NCBI GenBank assembly: GCA_951406725.2
Contig: OX597835.1
Coordinates: 21,948,001 to 22,012,000 of the forward strand
DNA length: 64,000 nt
Direction of reading: 5' to 3'
From: Octopus vulgaris
Lineage: Eukaryota
The position numbers were made by a program, and so were the translations under genes. This document shows positions 1-13,920 of this stretch, piece by piece (position 1 is the first letter of the stretch; each line of letters starts with the position of its first letter). Below the pieces are notes generated by a model. The model was given only the letters and a program-made list of their open reading frames with translations, searched no databases and was not told the origin of the DNA.

Positions 1-488
1 ACCAGGGTCTGGGAAGCCAGGAAGTTGCACCAGGCTCCAGTCTGATCTGGAAGTGTTTCTACAGCTGGATGCTCTTCCTAACGCCAACCACTCCAAGAGT
101 GTAGTGGGTGCTTTTTATGTGCCACCAGCACAGGGGCCAGGGGAGCTGGCATCATCCACAGTTGGATGGTGCTTTGTACGTGCCACTGGCATAGAGGTCA
201 CAAGTACAATTTCCATTATAAATAATATATATATATGTATATATATATTTGTATATATATAAGCTAATAGAAGTTGGAAAAGTTCCATCCAATTCTTAAT
301 ATGGTGATTTGACAATCTCCAAATAAATCTACAAAAAATTTCTCCTCTAAATTACAAATGAAAATAAAATTTATTTTTTTTGTTTGGTTGTATTTTTTAA
401 TCTTTAAATTTTTATATTTTCATTTTTCTGTTAAATTTTATTGAAATCTTTTACTGTTTTTTTTTTCCAACTGATGCAGCTTATTGTC

Positions 489-506
489 TTCATCATCATC
501 ATCATT

Positions 507-554
<48 letters not shown>

Positions 555-555
555 G

Positions 556-587
<32 letters not shown>

Positions 588-1092
588 GTCATCGTCATCA
601 TCATCATCGTCATCATCATCATCATCATCATTTACATCACTGTTGTTTTCAATGTTGTTGTCATTAAGCTTAACATTGTTGATCATCCATTGCTGTTCTC
701 GCTACCATCGTCACCATCATCCTCACCACGGCCGCAACTGCCACCCGCCGCTGCCACTACCACCACCATCATCATCATTGTCATGGTCATCATTGTAGGC
801 GTAGTCATCATCATCACCTTCATTACTCTCTAGACTACCATCATCATCATCGCCGCCACCCCACCACCACCACCACCACCACCACCACCACTACCACCAT
901 CAGCTGTAGCAGTTGCATTATTAGAAGCATCCCCACCACCACCACCACCACCACATTATTATCACCATCATCACCACATTAGCATTAGCAATATCATCCC
1001 CAACCCTTGTTACCCCTCTCACCATCACCATCATCATCACCATCACCATCACCATCACCATCACCATCACCATCACCATCATCATCATCATC
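489..1092. repeat. (CAT)n/(CAC)n trinucleotide microsatellite block
   Basis: Directly visible. Confidence 0.95.
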
Positions 1093-1170
1093 ACAAACAA
1101 AACTACACACAGTATGACACTTCTTCTACGATAATCTTCTCTCCTCCTCCTCCTTCTCCTCTTCTTACAG

Positions 1171-1235
1171 ATTACTCGACTAAAAATCGCAAGAAATCCG
1201 TTTGCAAAAGGTTTCAGGAAAACAAACAAACACAG
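1171..1235 (+). CDS. T-box transcription factor (Tbx15/18/22-like), exon encoding the end of the T-box domain
   Basis: Polypyrimidine tract plus ttacag acceptor; translates ITRLKIARNPFAKGFRKTNKH(R), the canonical T-box C-terminal motif; ag|gtattg donor, phase 2. Upstream exons lie before the window. Confidence 0.93.
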
Positions 1236-1274
1236 GTATTGTAAATTTGTGATGTTTTCAAATATTTAACACAC

Positions 1275-1332
<58 letters not shown>

Positions 1333-1335
<3 letters not shown>

Positions 1336-1660
1336 GGCTCAGTGGTTAGAGCGTCGAGCTTATGATTGTGAGGTTGTGAGCTCGAATCCCGGACTGGGCT
1401 GCGTGTTGTGTTCTTGAGCAAGGTACTTTATTTCACGTTGCTCCAGTTCACTCAGCTGTAGAAATGAGTTGCGACATCACTGGTGCCAAGCTGTATCGAC
1501 CTTTGTCTTTCCCTTGGATAACACTGGTGGCGTGGAGAGGGGAGGCTGGTATGCATGGGCGACTGCTGGTCTTCCATAAACAACCGTGCCCGGACTTGTG
1601 TCTAGGAGGGTAACTTTCTAGGTGTAATCCCATGGTTATTCATGACCGAAGGGGGTCTTT
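1333..1660 (+). mobile_element. tRNA-derived SINE family D (second copy ~63160-63490 -)
   Basis: tggctcagtggttagagcg A box and ctcgaatccc B box; body matches the reverse copy at 63.2-63.5 kb. Confidence 0.75.
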
Positions 1661-2971
1661 TATTATATAAATGCAATGTGTGTGGTTATGTATGTGTGTT
1701 TAACCTTAAAAGGATCTTGAAATGATGTGTATTCGAAAAAGCAAATTTGCATCTCAAAGAGAATGTTGTCCATAAATAATAAGAAAATGATATAATTCTG
1801 TTGCTTTGAAACCGAGACCTATTCACTGACAAAACTTTGTGCTGTATGAAGTTTTGTCAGTGAACAGGTCACGGTTTCAAAACAATGAAAATATTTTGAC
1901 ACAAATGAAATTTAAATGTTGAAGTGAAACTAACGGTTTTTGTGTACTCTTGAATGGCTTACAAACATCTTCTATGTTGCAATTGTTTTTGTTTCAGCAC
2001 ACGATCTCAGATCAAGTCACTTGCTATGCAAGTACATCTCTGTAAATATAATCTGCCTCAAGAAATAACACATTTAGATCAACAAATCTCACACTCTCCA
2101 TCTGTCACCTTCAATCTATCTTTCTATATATATATATATATTTACCTCACACTTTTTCAATCACTTTCTGTAAATGTATTAACTTTTGTGCATTGTTTTC
2201 ATTTGTTTGAAACATCATCTTCTAATGTTTACTTTCATTTTATGACAGCTATCATGCACAATTCTTGCTTTCTAATCAGGCAGAAATAAGCAAACCTTAA
2301 ATCTGTTTAACATTTTTCTAAGATTTCTCTGGAATAAATGAATCTTAAACTTGAATTCAGCATGAAAAAGCACACCAATATACCAAATTTGAAAATTTTC
2401 CCTTAATTTTAAAACTTCAAAATCCTCGACAGTACCAGAAAAATCTTTCTGTCTGTCTGTCTGTTTGTCTCTCTCTCTCTCTCTGTCTATTTGTTTCTCT
2501 TTCATATTTTCATGGTAAACTCTCTCTCACTCTCTATGAAAGGATATCACTCACACTGAGTGTATGTGTGTGCTTCTCAGTATGTATATATATGTGTAAG
2601 GAATTTCATTAGGACAACAGAGTGATTTATAAAAAGGTATGCAAAAGATAATTTATTTTAATAGCATACTTTTCTGTTAGTATTTTTGCTTCTAGCATAC
2701 ACACTCACATGCATGGACTTGCTTGGTGCAGGGATAAACAATTAAATTACAAATTTTTTTTTGCTGTCGCTTAAATCCCAGCAATAATCTACCACAGATC
2801 AAACATGCAAATTACCCACATGCATGCATATTATATATGTAAAGCATAATATGTTATACATGTATGTATATTGTTGTAATTGTCATTTTAGTAAATAAAT
2901 AAATAAATTGACTTAATACAATGTCTGAAAGTTGATGACTACCACCTATTGATCCTCTCCATTTTCTTATT

Positions 2972-3009
<38 letters not shown>

Positions 3010-4459
3010 CATGTACATATAAGGCAAAGAAGAAAATGAAGATAATCAATCAACAAACATCAGCCCGGAGACATTCGTTTGGATTTATAGATTAATTACA
3101 ATCATAAGTATAAGTAAATAAATGAATTAGAATGAATGAGTGAATAATACTATACATTTACAGTTGTTTCTACTTTTACATATATGTATATATATTATAC
3201 ATACATGTATATATATTTCTTTACTACCCACAAGGGGCTAAACACAGAGGGTACAAACAAGGACAGACAAACAGATTAAATCGATTACATTGACCCCAGT
3301 GCGTAACTGGTACTTAATTTATCGACCCCAGTGCGTAACTGGTACTTAATTTATCGACCCCAAAAGGATGAAAGGTAAAGTCGACCTCGGCGGAATTTGA
3401 ACTCGGAACGTAACGACAGACGAAATACGGCTACGAATTTCGCCCGGCGTGCTAACGTTTCTACCAGCTCGCCGCCTTATACATACATGTACATACATGT
3501 ATATATATATGTATATATATTATACATTTTATACCAGCTCGCCACCTTATACATACATATACATACATGTATATATATGTATATATATTATACATATCAT
3601 ATACATATATACATATATATATTATACATATTATGGACGCCATGATAGATCGTTAGTTCCTACACACATTTTTTTTCTCTCCTTGTTTCTCTCCTTGTTT
3701 TTTTCTGTGTATCTTTCTGTCGAAGAGCGTAGGCTCGAAACATAAATGACTTATTCTTTTTCTATTCCTGAGCGCCATACTAATACATTTGTTTGTTTGT
3801 ACTCCACCTGCCTTCGTCTTTTGTTTATTTTCTTAAACTTTCCCTTTATATATATTATATATACATAGTTGTATATATGTGTGTGTGATTTTTTTATACC
3901 TATTTGGGGTTTATAATGTCTATTAGCATGCTATAGCCAGATTTTTATGGAGTTTGCTTCACAACCAGAGCATCTGGGATTTATTCCACTCCACAACATA
4001 ATTGAAAACGAAACTGTATTGATGGAAAGTTCAGTATACTCTTTACTCTTTTACTTGTTTCAGTCATTTGACTGCGGCCATGCTGGAGCACCGCCTCCAG
4101 TCGAGCAAATCGACCCCAGGACTTATTCTTTGTAAGCCCAGTACTTATTCTATTGGTCTCTTTTGCCGAACCGCTAAGTGACGGGGACGTAAACACGCCA
4201 GCATCGGTTGTCAAGCAATGCTAGGGGGACAAATACAGACACACAAACATATACACACACACTTAAATATATATACATATATACGACAGGCTTCTTTTAG
4301 TTTCCGTCTACCAAATCCACTCACAAGGCATTGGTCGGCCCGGGGCTATAGCAGAAGACACTTGCCCAAGATGCCACGCAGTGGGACTGAACCCGGAACC
4401 ATGTGGTTGGTTAGCAAGCTACTTACCACACAGCCACTCCTGCACCTATGGACTATACT

Positions 4460-4790
4460 TCTCAAACATTTCCTGTCACGCCATGCCTGATGGAACAGAC
4501 AGCTGTACCAATCCCCGAACTGGACGGCATTGCATCATACCAAAGATCCTGTCTTCCCCGTCTAAAATAAGGACACAGTACTCTAGATAGTCTGGGTTTC
4601 ATGTGCCTGATATTGCTCAGCATCCTGCCAGGCAACCATAGAAATCTACATGGTGTTGATGTGGAAGTTTCCAAGGAACATCTGGACAGGTTTCTGTCTT
4701 AGATACCAGAAACAACACCGAGTAACTACAGGTGGTGCACCAGCATGACCTCAGCCACAGGCTGAAACCAGTGAATAATAAAAGAAAGAT
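4460..4790 (+). mobile_element. Decayed LINE C-terminal fragment (CR1/Crack-like)
   Basis: NPRTGRHC...ILP...RNLHGVDVEVSKEHLDRFLS*IP, interrupted by stops and frameshifts. Confidence 0.45.
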
Positions 4791-5520
4791 GTCTATGGAA
4801 TACTCAACCACCTACGTACTAATTCAAAGAACAGAAAATTCAGTTAATAAAATAATCAAATCCTCATCTCTGAACCTGACAAAAATCTGTTCATATATTT
4901 GTGGGGGAGGGGCAATTTTTCTAGAGTCCCAGAACTCGTAAGGCTGAATATTCTGTTTCCATTCTGTATAAGTGACGAAGACTACAGCATGCAGTCGATT
5001 GTGGGGTTTAAATCTAGCAATTATGAGGGAAGAGAGACAAGTTGATTATATCGACCCCAGTTCCTGACTGGTACTTTCTTTTATCGACTTTGAAGAGATA
5101 AAAGGAAATGTTGACCAGAGCAGGATTTGAACTCTGAATGTAATTGAAAGAAATACAGCGGAACATTTTGACTGGTGTGCTAATGATTTTACCAGCTCAC
5201 CATCTTATCCATATATATGTATGTATATAACCCATGCTAGCATGGAAAACGGACGTTAAATGATAATGATGATGATGATGATGATATATATATAAATATA
5301 TGTGTGTATATACATACATATATATATATATATTTATATATGTATGTATGTATGTATATATATATATATATATATGTATGTATATATATATAAATATATA
5401 TGTATGTATATATTTATATATATGTACATGAATACACTCACATCCACAAGCACACACACACACACATACAAATATATATGTATATATATGTGTGTGTATG
5501 CATGTATCTTTATACACACA

Positions 5521-5562
<42 letters not shown>

Positions 5563-6282
5563 CATTCCCATACATGTGCACACACACACACACACGCACA
5601 TACACACACACACAAAGTCAGTCTCTGATCATAGAGTTAAGGGTCAGGGAAGGCGACACAAAAGGAAACTATTGTTCCTTAGTTCTAACCCTCCACCACC
5701 ACCACCACCGCCACCACAATCAATACACACAATATTTTAATTCTTTTATCCTAGCCCTTCTCCCCTCCTCCCCCCACCGTCCTTTCTTTCTTCTTCTCTT
5801 CCTTCTGCTTCTCAAGTGGGTGTCTATCTTTGGGCCAGGGTTGCCAATTAGTTCAATCAGCCTCACAACACCTTCTGGGAAGATAAAGTGGTGCGAAGAC
5901 AACAACAACAACAACAACAACATGTGTGTGTGTGTGTGTGTATGTGTGTGTGTATGTGTGTGTGTATATATATGTATATAAAACACTCACACACACACAT
6001 ATATATATATCTACTTATATGTGTGTCCATATGTATGTTAGAATCTATTTATGTGTATATGGATGTATGCATGTGTGTGAACATGCATGTGTGTCGGTGT
6101 CTGTGACCGTGTGTGCACATGTGTATATATAAATTTGTATGTATGAGAGTGTATGTGTGTGTGTGTGTGTGTTTCTGCCTAAATTTTCCATTCATTGAGT
6201 TTTTGTCTAGTTTTCCATTTACTCTGCTTTCATCCAACTTTTTCTCCTTGTATTCTTTCTGTTCAACCCTTAATATATATAT

Positions 6283-6321
<39 letters not shown>

Positions 6322-6357
6322 ATATATATATAAACACATATATATACATATATACAC

Positions 6358-6463
<106 letters not shown>

Positions 6464-7259
6464 TATGCATATGTGTATATACACACACACACACACACAC
6501 ATACATACTCAGACATGAAGAGAGAGAGAGAGAGATGTAAACAGATAAATGAAGAGAAAGATAATTCATTAGATAACAAACCAATCCAAAACAATTAATA
6601 AATCGTTTAACAAGAAGGTGAGGTGTCGAAGTGAAGTGTTTCCTCAGATTCCACTTGAACCTGTATCACTGGCGCCAGATCTTGTCGTGGATGGTCTGTC
6701 GGGGTTTGCCGGCAAGGCACCTTCAAAGCAAGAGGGCTTACTTGTTCAATGAGGACAAGAGCTCGCGTGATTTTGATATGATGGGGTGCAGGGTGGTCAA
6801 TGATAGGCGACCCTCCTCTGTCTCCACCCTTGGTTTTTTTTTTTGCACAACCCTTACATTGCTAAAGCGCACAGGCACAAACGCACACATATACATATAT
6901 GCACATACACATGCACACACATGCATCCATGCACACATACATACACACACAAAAGCGTGCACACATACTCACACATGCATACATGCAAAAGTACACACAT
7001 GCATACATGCACACACATGTATACACATCCATGCACACACACATGCACACATGCAAGCATACACACAAATGCATGTACAAGCACACATGCACATACATGC
7101 ACACACACACACACACCTTGCATGCATACACTTTCACATTCACACACACGTGTGTGTGTGGACTGGGAACGACATGAAATAAAGTGACTCGCTCAAGGAC
7201 ACAACGCGTCACTGGGAATTGAACTCACAACCTCACGATCTAGTGCCAAATTAAGCCAC

Positions 7260-7296
<37 letters not shown>

Positions 7297-7317
7297 ATAT
7301 ATATATATGTTTATATA

Positions 7318-7390
<73 letters not shown>

Positions 7391-7897
7391 AAAAAATGAA
7401 GTTCGAAAATGCTGCTGTATTATACAATTTTTTATTTTTATATATACATTATAACATGTTTCAGTTCCTGAAATGAACCTTATCAAAAAAAGTTATATAT
7501 AAAAAAAGACAGCTCATGCCATCAAACACAAGAAATTCATTTATAATACACAACGGAGTCAGACATCTTAGAGTTCATGTATAGTTGATATATAGTTCAT
7601 GTATAGTTGATATATAGTTTGAAGTATATGTTCAAAGTGTTCGATGCAGTGGCCCACGGTGGCGATACGTATTCAATACAAAAAACAGATCAAAGTGGTG
7701 GAAAGCGGTCAATACAGAAGATTGATGTTTCCGAAAGAGCGAGGAATTCATTTTTACCTTAAGCAATTGTGATGACCCATGGTGGAAGTTCGCTGGGTGG
7801 TTCTAGTGAGTTTTTGTGAAATGCTCGGTTTTATAATGCCTGTTAGGTGGTCAATCTAGCGTAGCGTGACGTCATCAATGTTTTGACCAATCGTTTC

Positions 7898-8215
7898 GTT
7901 AGGTGGCTTTAATCAAGTAGAACGGGACGTCATCATTATTTTGACCAATCGCTGCATTATAACTCCCTCTTGTTTGTTTCCTGTTTTGACCAGTCGCTTC
8001 GTTAGTCAAGTAGAACGGGACGTCATCATTATTTTGACCAATCGCTGCATTATATCTGCCTCTTGTTTGTTTCCTGTTTTGACCAGTCGCTTCGTTAGTC
8101 AAGTAGAACGGGACGTCATCATTATTTTGACCAATCGCTGCATTATATCTGCCTCTTGTTTGTTTCCTATTTTGACCAGTCGCTTCGTTAGTCAAGCGGA
8201 GCGGGACGTCATCCA
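7898..8215. repeat. 93-bp tandem repeat, ~3.3 copies
   Basis: caagtagaacgggacgtcatc recurs at 7914, 8007, 8100 and, degenerate, 8193. Confidence 0.9.
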
Positions 8216-8434
8216 GATTCTGCCCAATCACGACTTATAGCTACATTAGATCTGCCCCCTGTCTGTACTTGTTAGGTGACTATTCAAGCAGAAAAGGACG
8301 TCATCAATATTCTGACTAATGACTGTCCCCTGTTTGTATCCTGTCCATTCTAGCAGAGCTAGACGTCATCAACTTGTTGACCAATCAGAATCGGGTCTAT
8401 ACTTTATTTAAAGCAGCAGAAAATTCAATGAAAC

Positions 8435-8472
8435 CTGTTACTCTGAGTTTCCCGTTGCCGTTCATCGGACAG
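8435..8472 (-). ncRNA. Hammerhead-like motif, second copy of the 29.1 kb family
   Basis: Minus strand ctgt-CCGATGA-acggcaacgg-GAAA-ctcaga-GTA-acag, inside an ~85 bp element (8398-8480) next to (TA)n. Confidence 0.6.
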
Positions 8473-8478
8473 TTTTTG

Positions 8479-8543
<65 letters not shown>

Positions 8544-9222
8544 CGTGAATAGATATATGTATATATATGTATATACATGTATATATATATGTATGTGTGT
8601 GTATAGATATATGTATATATATATGTATATACATGTATATATATATATGTATATGTGTGTGTGTGTGTACACACACACCTATATATGTATGTATGTATGT
8701 ATATGTGTATGTATGTATGTATGTATATGTGTATGTATGTATGTATGTATGTATATGTGTATGTATGTATGTATGTATGTATGTATGTATGACCAATATT
8801 GGTGTCTTTTTTCACTGTTTATGCCTTGTCCTGTTCTAAATCTGCTGCAGAACCAAAAAGCCTCCAACGTACATGTAAAATAATACCCATGTCATTTGTT
8901 TGTGTTTGTTCTTCTACTTGCTCCATTTTTTTTTTTTTTTTTCATTTTCTACTTATTTTACTGTTCAGTTTACAAACTCCGTCTCATTTTGTATTGGTCA
9001 CATTTTGTCCTTCGTGTCCATTCATGTGTATCTCAGTAGCCCTGTTGCTCTTGATTCCACCAAAATTAATAAATCTTATTGATAATAGTAGGAAATTGAT
9101 AGGATTTTTGGTCAATAAATAATGAACGTGTCCATGCCTTTTGTCTGTTTTCCATGTGTCGTCTTTCAGCAATGCAAACTTTAGCACCATTCTGCCCTCT
9201 TTCCCTCCTTCTTTCTCTCTGT

Positions 9223-9259
<37 letters not shown>

Positions 9260-9261
<2 letters not shown>

Positions 9262-9666
9262 ATCAGAATCAAAATCGATCAATGGAAATCGATCAATGGA
9301 AATTGCAGATGTGTTACCAGTGCCGGTGGCATGTAAGAGAACTTTCCGTTTCGCGACCGTTGCCAGCACCGCCCCCGTTTCGTGTCCGTTGCCAGCCTCG
9401 CCTGGCCCTCGTGCCGGTGGCACATAAAAAGCACCATCCGTTCGTGGCCGTTTGCCAGCTCTGTCTGGCACCAGTGCGTGTGGCACGTAAAAAGCACCCA
9501 CTACACTCACGGAGTGGTTGGCGTTAGGAAGGGCATCCAGCCGTAGAAACACTGCCAGATTTGACTGGGCCTGATGAAGCCTTCTGGCTTCACAGACCCC
9601 AGTAGAACCGTCCAACCCATGCTAGCATGGAAAACGGACGCCAAATGATGATGATGATGATGATGA
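9260..9666 (+). mobile_element. RTE 3' UTR copy, inverted relative to 10186-10589
   Basis: Near-exact reverse complement of 10186-10589. Confidence 0.85.
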
Positions 9667-9742
9667 TATATATATATACCGGAGTAAACACATAAATGTG
9701 AAACAAGGTGGAAAAAAGAGTACTCAAATACCAGTGGTAGAG

Positions 9743-9785
<43 letters not shown>

Positions 9786-9998
9786 CCTGGGCATGGCTGT
9801 GTAGTTAGGAAGCTTGCTTCCCAGCTACATAGTGTCGGGTTCAGTCCCACCGTGTGGCCACTTTGGGCAAGTGTCTTCTGCTATAACCCTGGGCCAACTG
9901 AAGCTTTGTGATTGAATTTGGTAGGCAGAAGTTACTGCCGTGTGTGTATATGTGTGTGTAGGTGCTTGTGCCTCTCCGAGAGAGAGAGAGGGGATATA

Positions 9999-10032
<34 letters not shown>

Positions 10033-10037
10033 CATAC

Positions 10038-10112
<75 letters not shown>

Positions 10113-10140
10113 AATAAATGTATATACATATATATATATT

Positions 10141-10172
<32 letters not shown>

Positions 10173-10185
10173 GATAGATACATAC

Positions 10186-11170
10186 ATCATCATCATCATC
10201 ATCATTTAGCGTCCGTTTTCCATGCTAGCATGGGTTGGACGGTTCTGCTGGGGTCTGTGAAGCCAGAAGGCTTCATCAGGCCCAGTCAAATCTGGCAGTG
10301 TTTCTACGGCTGGATGCCCTTCCTAACGCCAACCACTCCGTGAGTGTAGTGGGTGCTTTTTACGTGCCACCCGCACTGGTGCCAGACAGAGCTGGCAAAC
10401 GGCCACGAACGGATGGTGCTTTTTATGTGCCACCGGCACGAGGGCCAGGCGAGGCTGGCAACGGACACGAAACGGGGCGGTGCTGGCAACGGTCGCGAAA
10501 CGGAAAGTTCTCTTACATGCCACCGGCACTGGTAACACATCTGCAATTTCCATTGATCGATTTCCATTGATCGATTTCGATTCTGATCCTCACTTGCCTC
10601 AATGGGTCTTCACAAGCAGAGTTTCGACATGCCACCGGCACTGGTAGCACATCCGCAATTTCCATTGATCGATTTCGATTCTGATCCTCACTTGCCTCAA
10701 CACGTCTTCACAAGTAGAGTTTTGTGTCCCAAGAAGGGAAGGTATGCATACGTAGGCTGGCTCCATCCCATGTAGAAGGCCACGGGTTGTGGACTCACTT
10801 GTCCTGCCGGGTCTTCTCGCGCACAGCACACTTCCAGAGGTCTCGGTCTCTAGTCATTTCCTCAGTGAGACCTAAAGTTCGAAGGTCGTGCTTCACCACC
10901 TCGTCCCAGGTTTTCCTGGGTCTGCCTCTTCCACAGGTTCCCTCAACCGCTAGGGCGTGGCACTTTTTCACACAACTATCTTCATCCATTCTCGCCACAT
11001 GACCATACCAGCGCAAACGTCTCTCTTGCACACCACAACTGATGCTTCTTAGGTCCAGCTTTTCTCTCAAGGTACTTACACTCTGCCGAGTGTGAGTACT
11101 GACATTACACATCCATCGGAGCATACTGGCTTCATTTCTTGCGAGCTTACGCATATCCTCAGCAGTCACG
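10186..11170 (-). mobile_element. 5'-truncated RTE-clade LINE (ORF C-terminus, 3' UTR, (GAT)n tail)
   Basis: EASMLRWMCNVS...LREKL...VQERRLRWYGHVARM...GRGRPRKTWDEVVKHDL...DRDLW is a typical RTE C-terminus; the UTR recurs throughout the window. Confidence 0.88.
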
Positions 11171-11284
11171 ATATATATATATATATTTATACACACACAC
11201 ACGTATATATATGTATATATATACATGTGTGTGTATTTACATATATTTATACATACACGCACACATTTATATGTGTATGTGTAT

Positions 11285-11326
<42 letters not shown>

Positions 11327-11415
11327 GTACACACATTTGTATATATATATATATTATAATAGAAATATTAAAATTACTAAGTCTCTCTAAAAGAGAACAA
11401 CGGCAGCGTTCCCGG

Positions 11416-11552
11416 AAAATAATAGTTATCGCCATACTAATATGGCATTCTTATAAAAATAAGAATAAAGCTGTCCGCTTATTAGCTCTGGAGCTAATAA
11501 GCGGACAGCTTTATTCTTATTTTTATAAGAATGCCATATTAGTATGGCGATA

Positions 11553-11564
<12 letters not shown>
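11416..11564. repeat. Near-perfect ~150-bp palindrome next to (TA)n
   Basis: Arms centred on ...ttattagctc tg gagctaataa... Confidence 0.9.
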
Positions 11565-11602
<38 letters not shown>

Positions 11603-12097
11603 TTCATGTTTCAGGCATTTGACTGCAGCCATGCTGGGCACCACCTTGAAGGGCTTTAGTCAAATAAATTGGCCCTAAGACTTATTTTATTAAGCCTAGT
11701 ATTTTTCTATCAGTCTATTTTGTTATGGGGGTGCAAACACACCAACACTGGTTGTCAAGCAGTGATGGGAGACAAACACACATCCCAACAAACACACATA
11801 CACACAAACACACAAACACGTACAATGAGCTTCTTTCAGTTTCTGTCAACCAAATCCACTCACAAGGCTTTAGTCGACCCGAGGCTATAGTAAAACACAC
11901 TTGCCCAAGGTACCATGCAGTGGGAATGAACCCAGAGCCATGTGATTGGGGAAAAAAGCTTCTTACCACACAGACAGCCACAGCTTTGCCTGTCATATTA
12001 AAAAATATAAACTGCAATTTATTTAGCTATAACATATCATATAGATATGCAACAGATCCCTAACTGAAATTTGAAGCTGCATTGCACTATTCAGAAA

Positions 12098-12497
12098 TCT
12101 TTATATATAAAAATCAAGTTGTGTGTCTGTCTCCTATGATTTAGATTCCTAACTACTCCCACATTTTGCAGTGCAGTGTAACCAAAAGTGGGTATCTTAT
12201 AGTCGTGATTAATATCGAGCCCTTCTGGATATTAGCATGCGTCTATGATGAGTCTACGATTTTAAAAATAATTTACCATCATTTTTTTCCATTTTAATGC
12301 ATTTTTTCGCTATTATATAAGGGAAGTAACTCTCTAAAACTGTCTACGATGAGTCAACGATTTAAAAAAAAAATTTACCATAATTTTTTTTCCATTTTTA
12401 ATGCATTTTTTTTGCTATTTTTTGGCTATAACTCTCTAAAAATGCTTATATAGTTATTTCTCTTACAAACCCGAGCAACGCCGGGCGATACTGCTAG
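12098..12497 (+). mobile_element. Non-autonomous Helitron
   Basis: 5' TC, 3' CTAG, subterminal hairpin cccgagcaacgccggg, inserted between A and T with no TSD; near-identical copy at 35.5 kb. Confidence 0.8.
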
Positions 12498-12860
12498 TCT
12501 TAAATAAATCTTTGACAAATAAACAGAATTTCCAAAGAAAAAAACTGACGTCATCAATGGACTGACATACTTTTAATAGAATAGTTAAAGGAGCATTTGA
12601 CGTCAGCGTGATAATGCTTAGAATATGTAAACGTAACGTGTTACAAAGAAATCTATGAAAGAACAACTGCTACACAAAGTATTTATGCTTAAAACTCTCC
12701 ATGATACATCAGACATGAAAAGAAAATAAAAGAATTGTGTGAAGCTGGTTTAGATAATTGTATAAAAATTTTCATAAAGTAAATTTCCTTAAATTGTCTA
12801 TTCATTGTTTCTTTTTGCTCCTACTCATGTGAAACAGGCTTATTTTCCTCTCTGTCTGTC

Positions 12861-12906
<46 letters not shown>

Positions 12907-13019
12907 CGTGCTTGCGTGTGTGTGTTTATGTGTTGCATGCATGCTTGTGTGTATTTTGTGTGTGTGAGTATATTAAATAGTGCAGTTTTTTTATATTTCT
13001 TTTATTCTTCAAAATTAAA

Positions 13020-13920
13020 ATAGACAAAGTTCTTTTTTAATCTAAAATACACTCTCCTTCATTTTCTACAATGCTTTGCCATCTATCTGGTAAACTTGCA
13101 AGGTCCCTCTTCCAAACTTCTCTTCGTGACGAAAAATACTCCTCCAGTACTGTTCTGACCTCATCTACAGAATTCATATTTTTTCAGTCCAAATGATTTT
13201 GAAGACTGCAGAATAAATGTGAATCAGATGGGACAATGTCCAGTGAATATGGTGGGTGGGGCATCGTTTCCCATCCAAACTGCTCCTGCCTTTGGAATGT
13301 CATCCTTGCTGGTTGTGGTCGAGCACTATCCTGACAGAACACCTTTTGTCTTGAAACCAAAGATGGTCGTTTTTCTTCTAGCTCTGACTTAAACCACTCA
13401 AGCTGCTCACAGTAGATCTCCTTTGCTATCATTTGGTTTGGATTTAAAAGTTCAAAGTGGACTAAACCTTTCATATCCCACCAAACAGATAACAAAACCT
13501 TACATGGGTAAAGACCTTCAGCCTGGGTTGCTGGTGTTTCTCCTTTCATTACCCACTGTCTTTGGCACTTGACATTTTTATAGAGAATCCATTTCTCATC
13601 CTCAGTCACTATTCGGTCCCAAAAAGGTTCATTCATGAGACTTGACAGCAAAGAAGAGCTTACATTCACTCTCTGCATGTGATTAGACTCAGAAAGTTTG
13701 TGAGGAACCCATTGGTCCAATTTGCTGACTTTTCTGATAGCACGCAGGGGTCGATAAATGGTTGGATGACCAAATCCAAGATTCTCTGCTAGTTCCTCAA
13801 CAGTTACAATGAGATTTTGGTCCATCAGGGTTATTAGGACGTCCTTGTCAAGCTCTACAAATCTTTCAGTACGAGGCTCATCTTCTTGGCTGTAGTTTCC
13901 AGCTCAGAATTTCTGGAACC
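13020..13920 (-). mobile_element. Degenerate mariner transposase remnant
   Basis: ORF 13184..13825: WVPHKL...RIVTEDEKW...KVLLSVWWD...QDSARP...HPPYSLDIVPSD, decayed mariner WVPHEL / TGDEKW / HDNA / YSPDLAPSD motifs. Confidence 0.88.

Noticed and set aside
431-833. Poly-D/M/I/S ORFs (also 53370-54488, 14511-15513 and many IYIY/CVCV ORFs)
   Set aside because: Artefacts of di-, tri- and tetranucleotide repeats.
1333-1405. tRNA-like sequences (also 21137-21197 and 38491-38550)
   Set aside because: They are SINE heads continuing into repeat bodies; no complete cloverleaf.
1800-1886. ~40-bp-arm hairpin, possible pre-miRNA
   Set aside because: Probably internal to a decayed DNA element; no supporting evidence from sequence alone.
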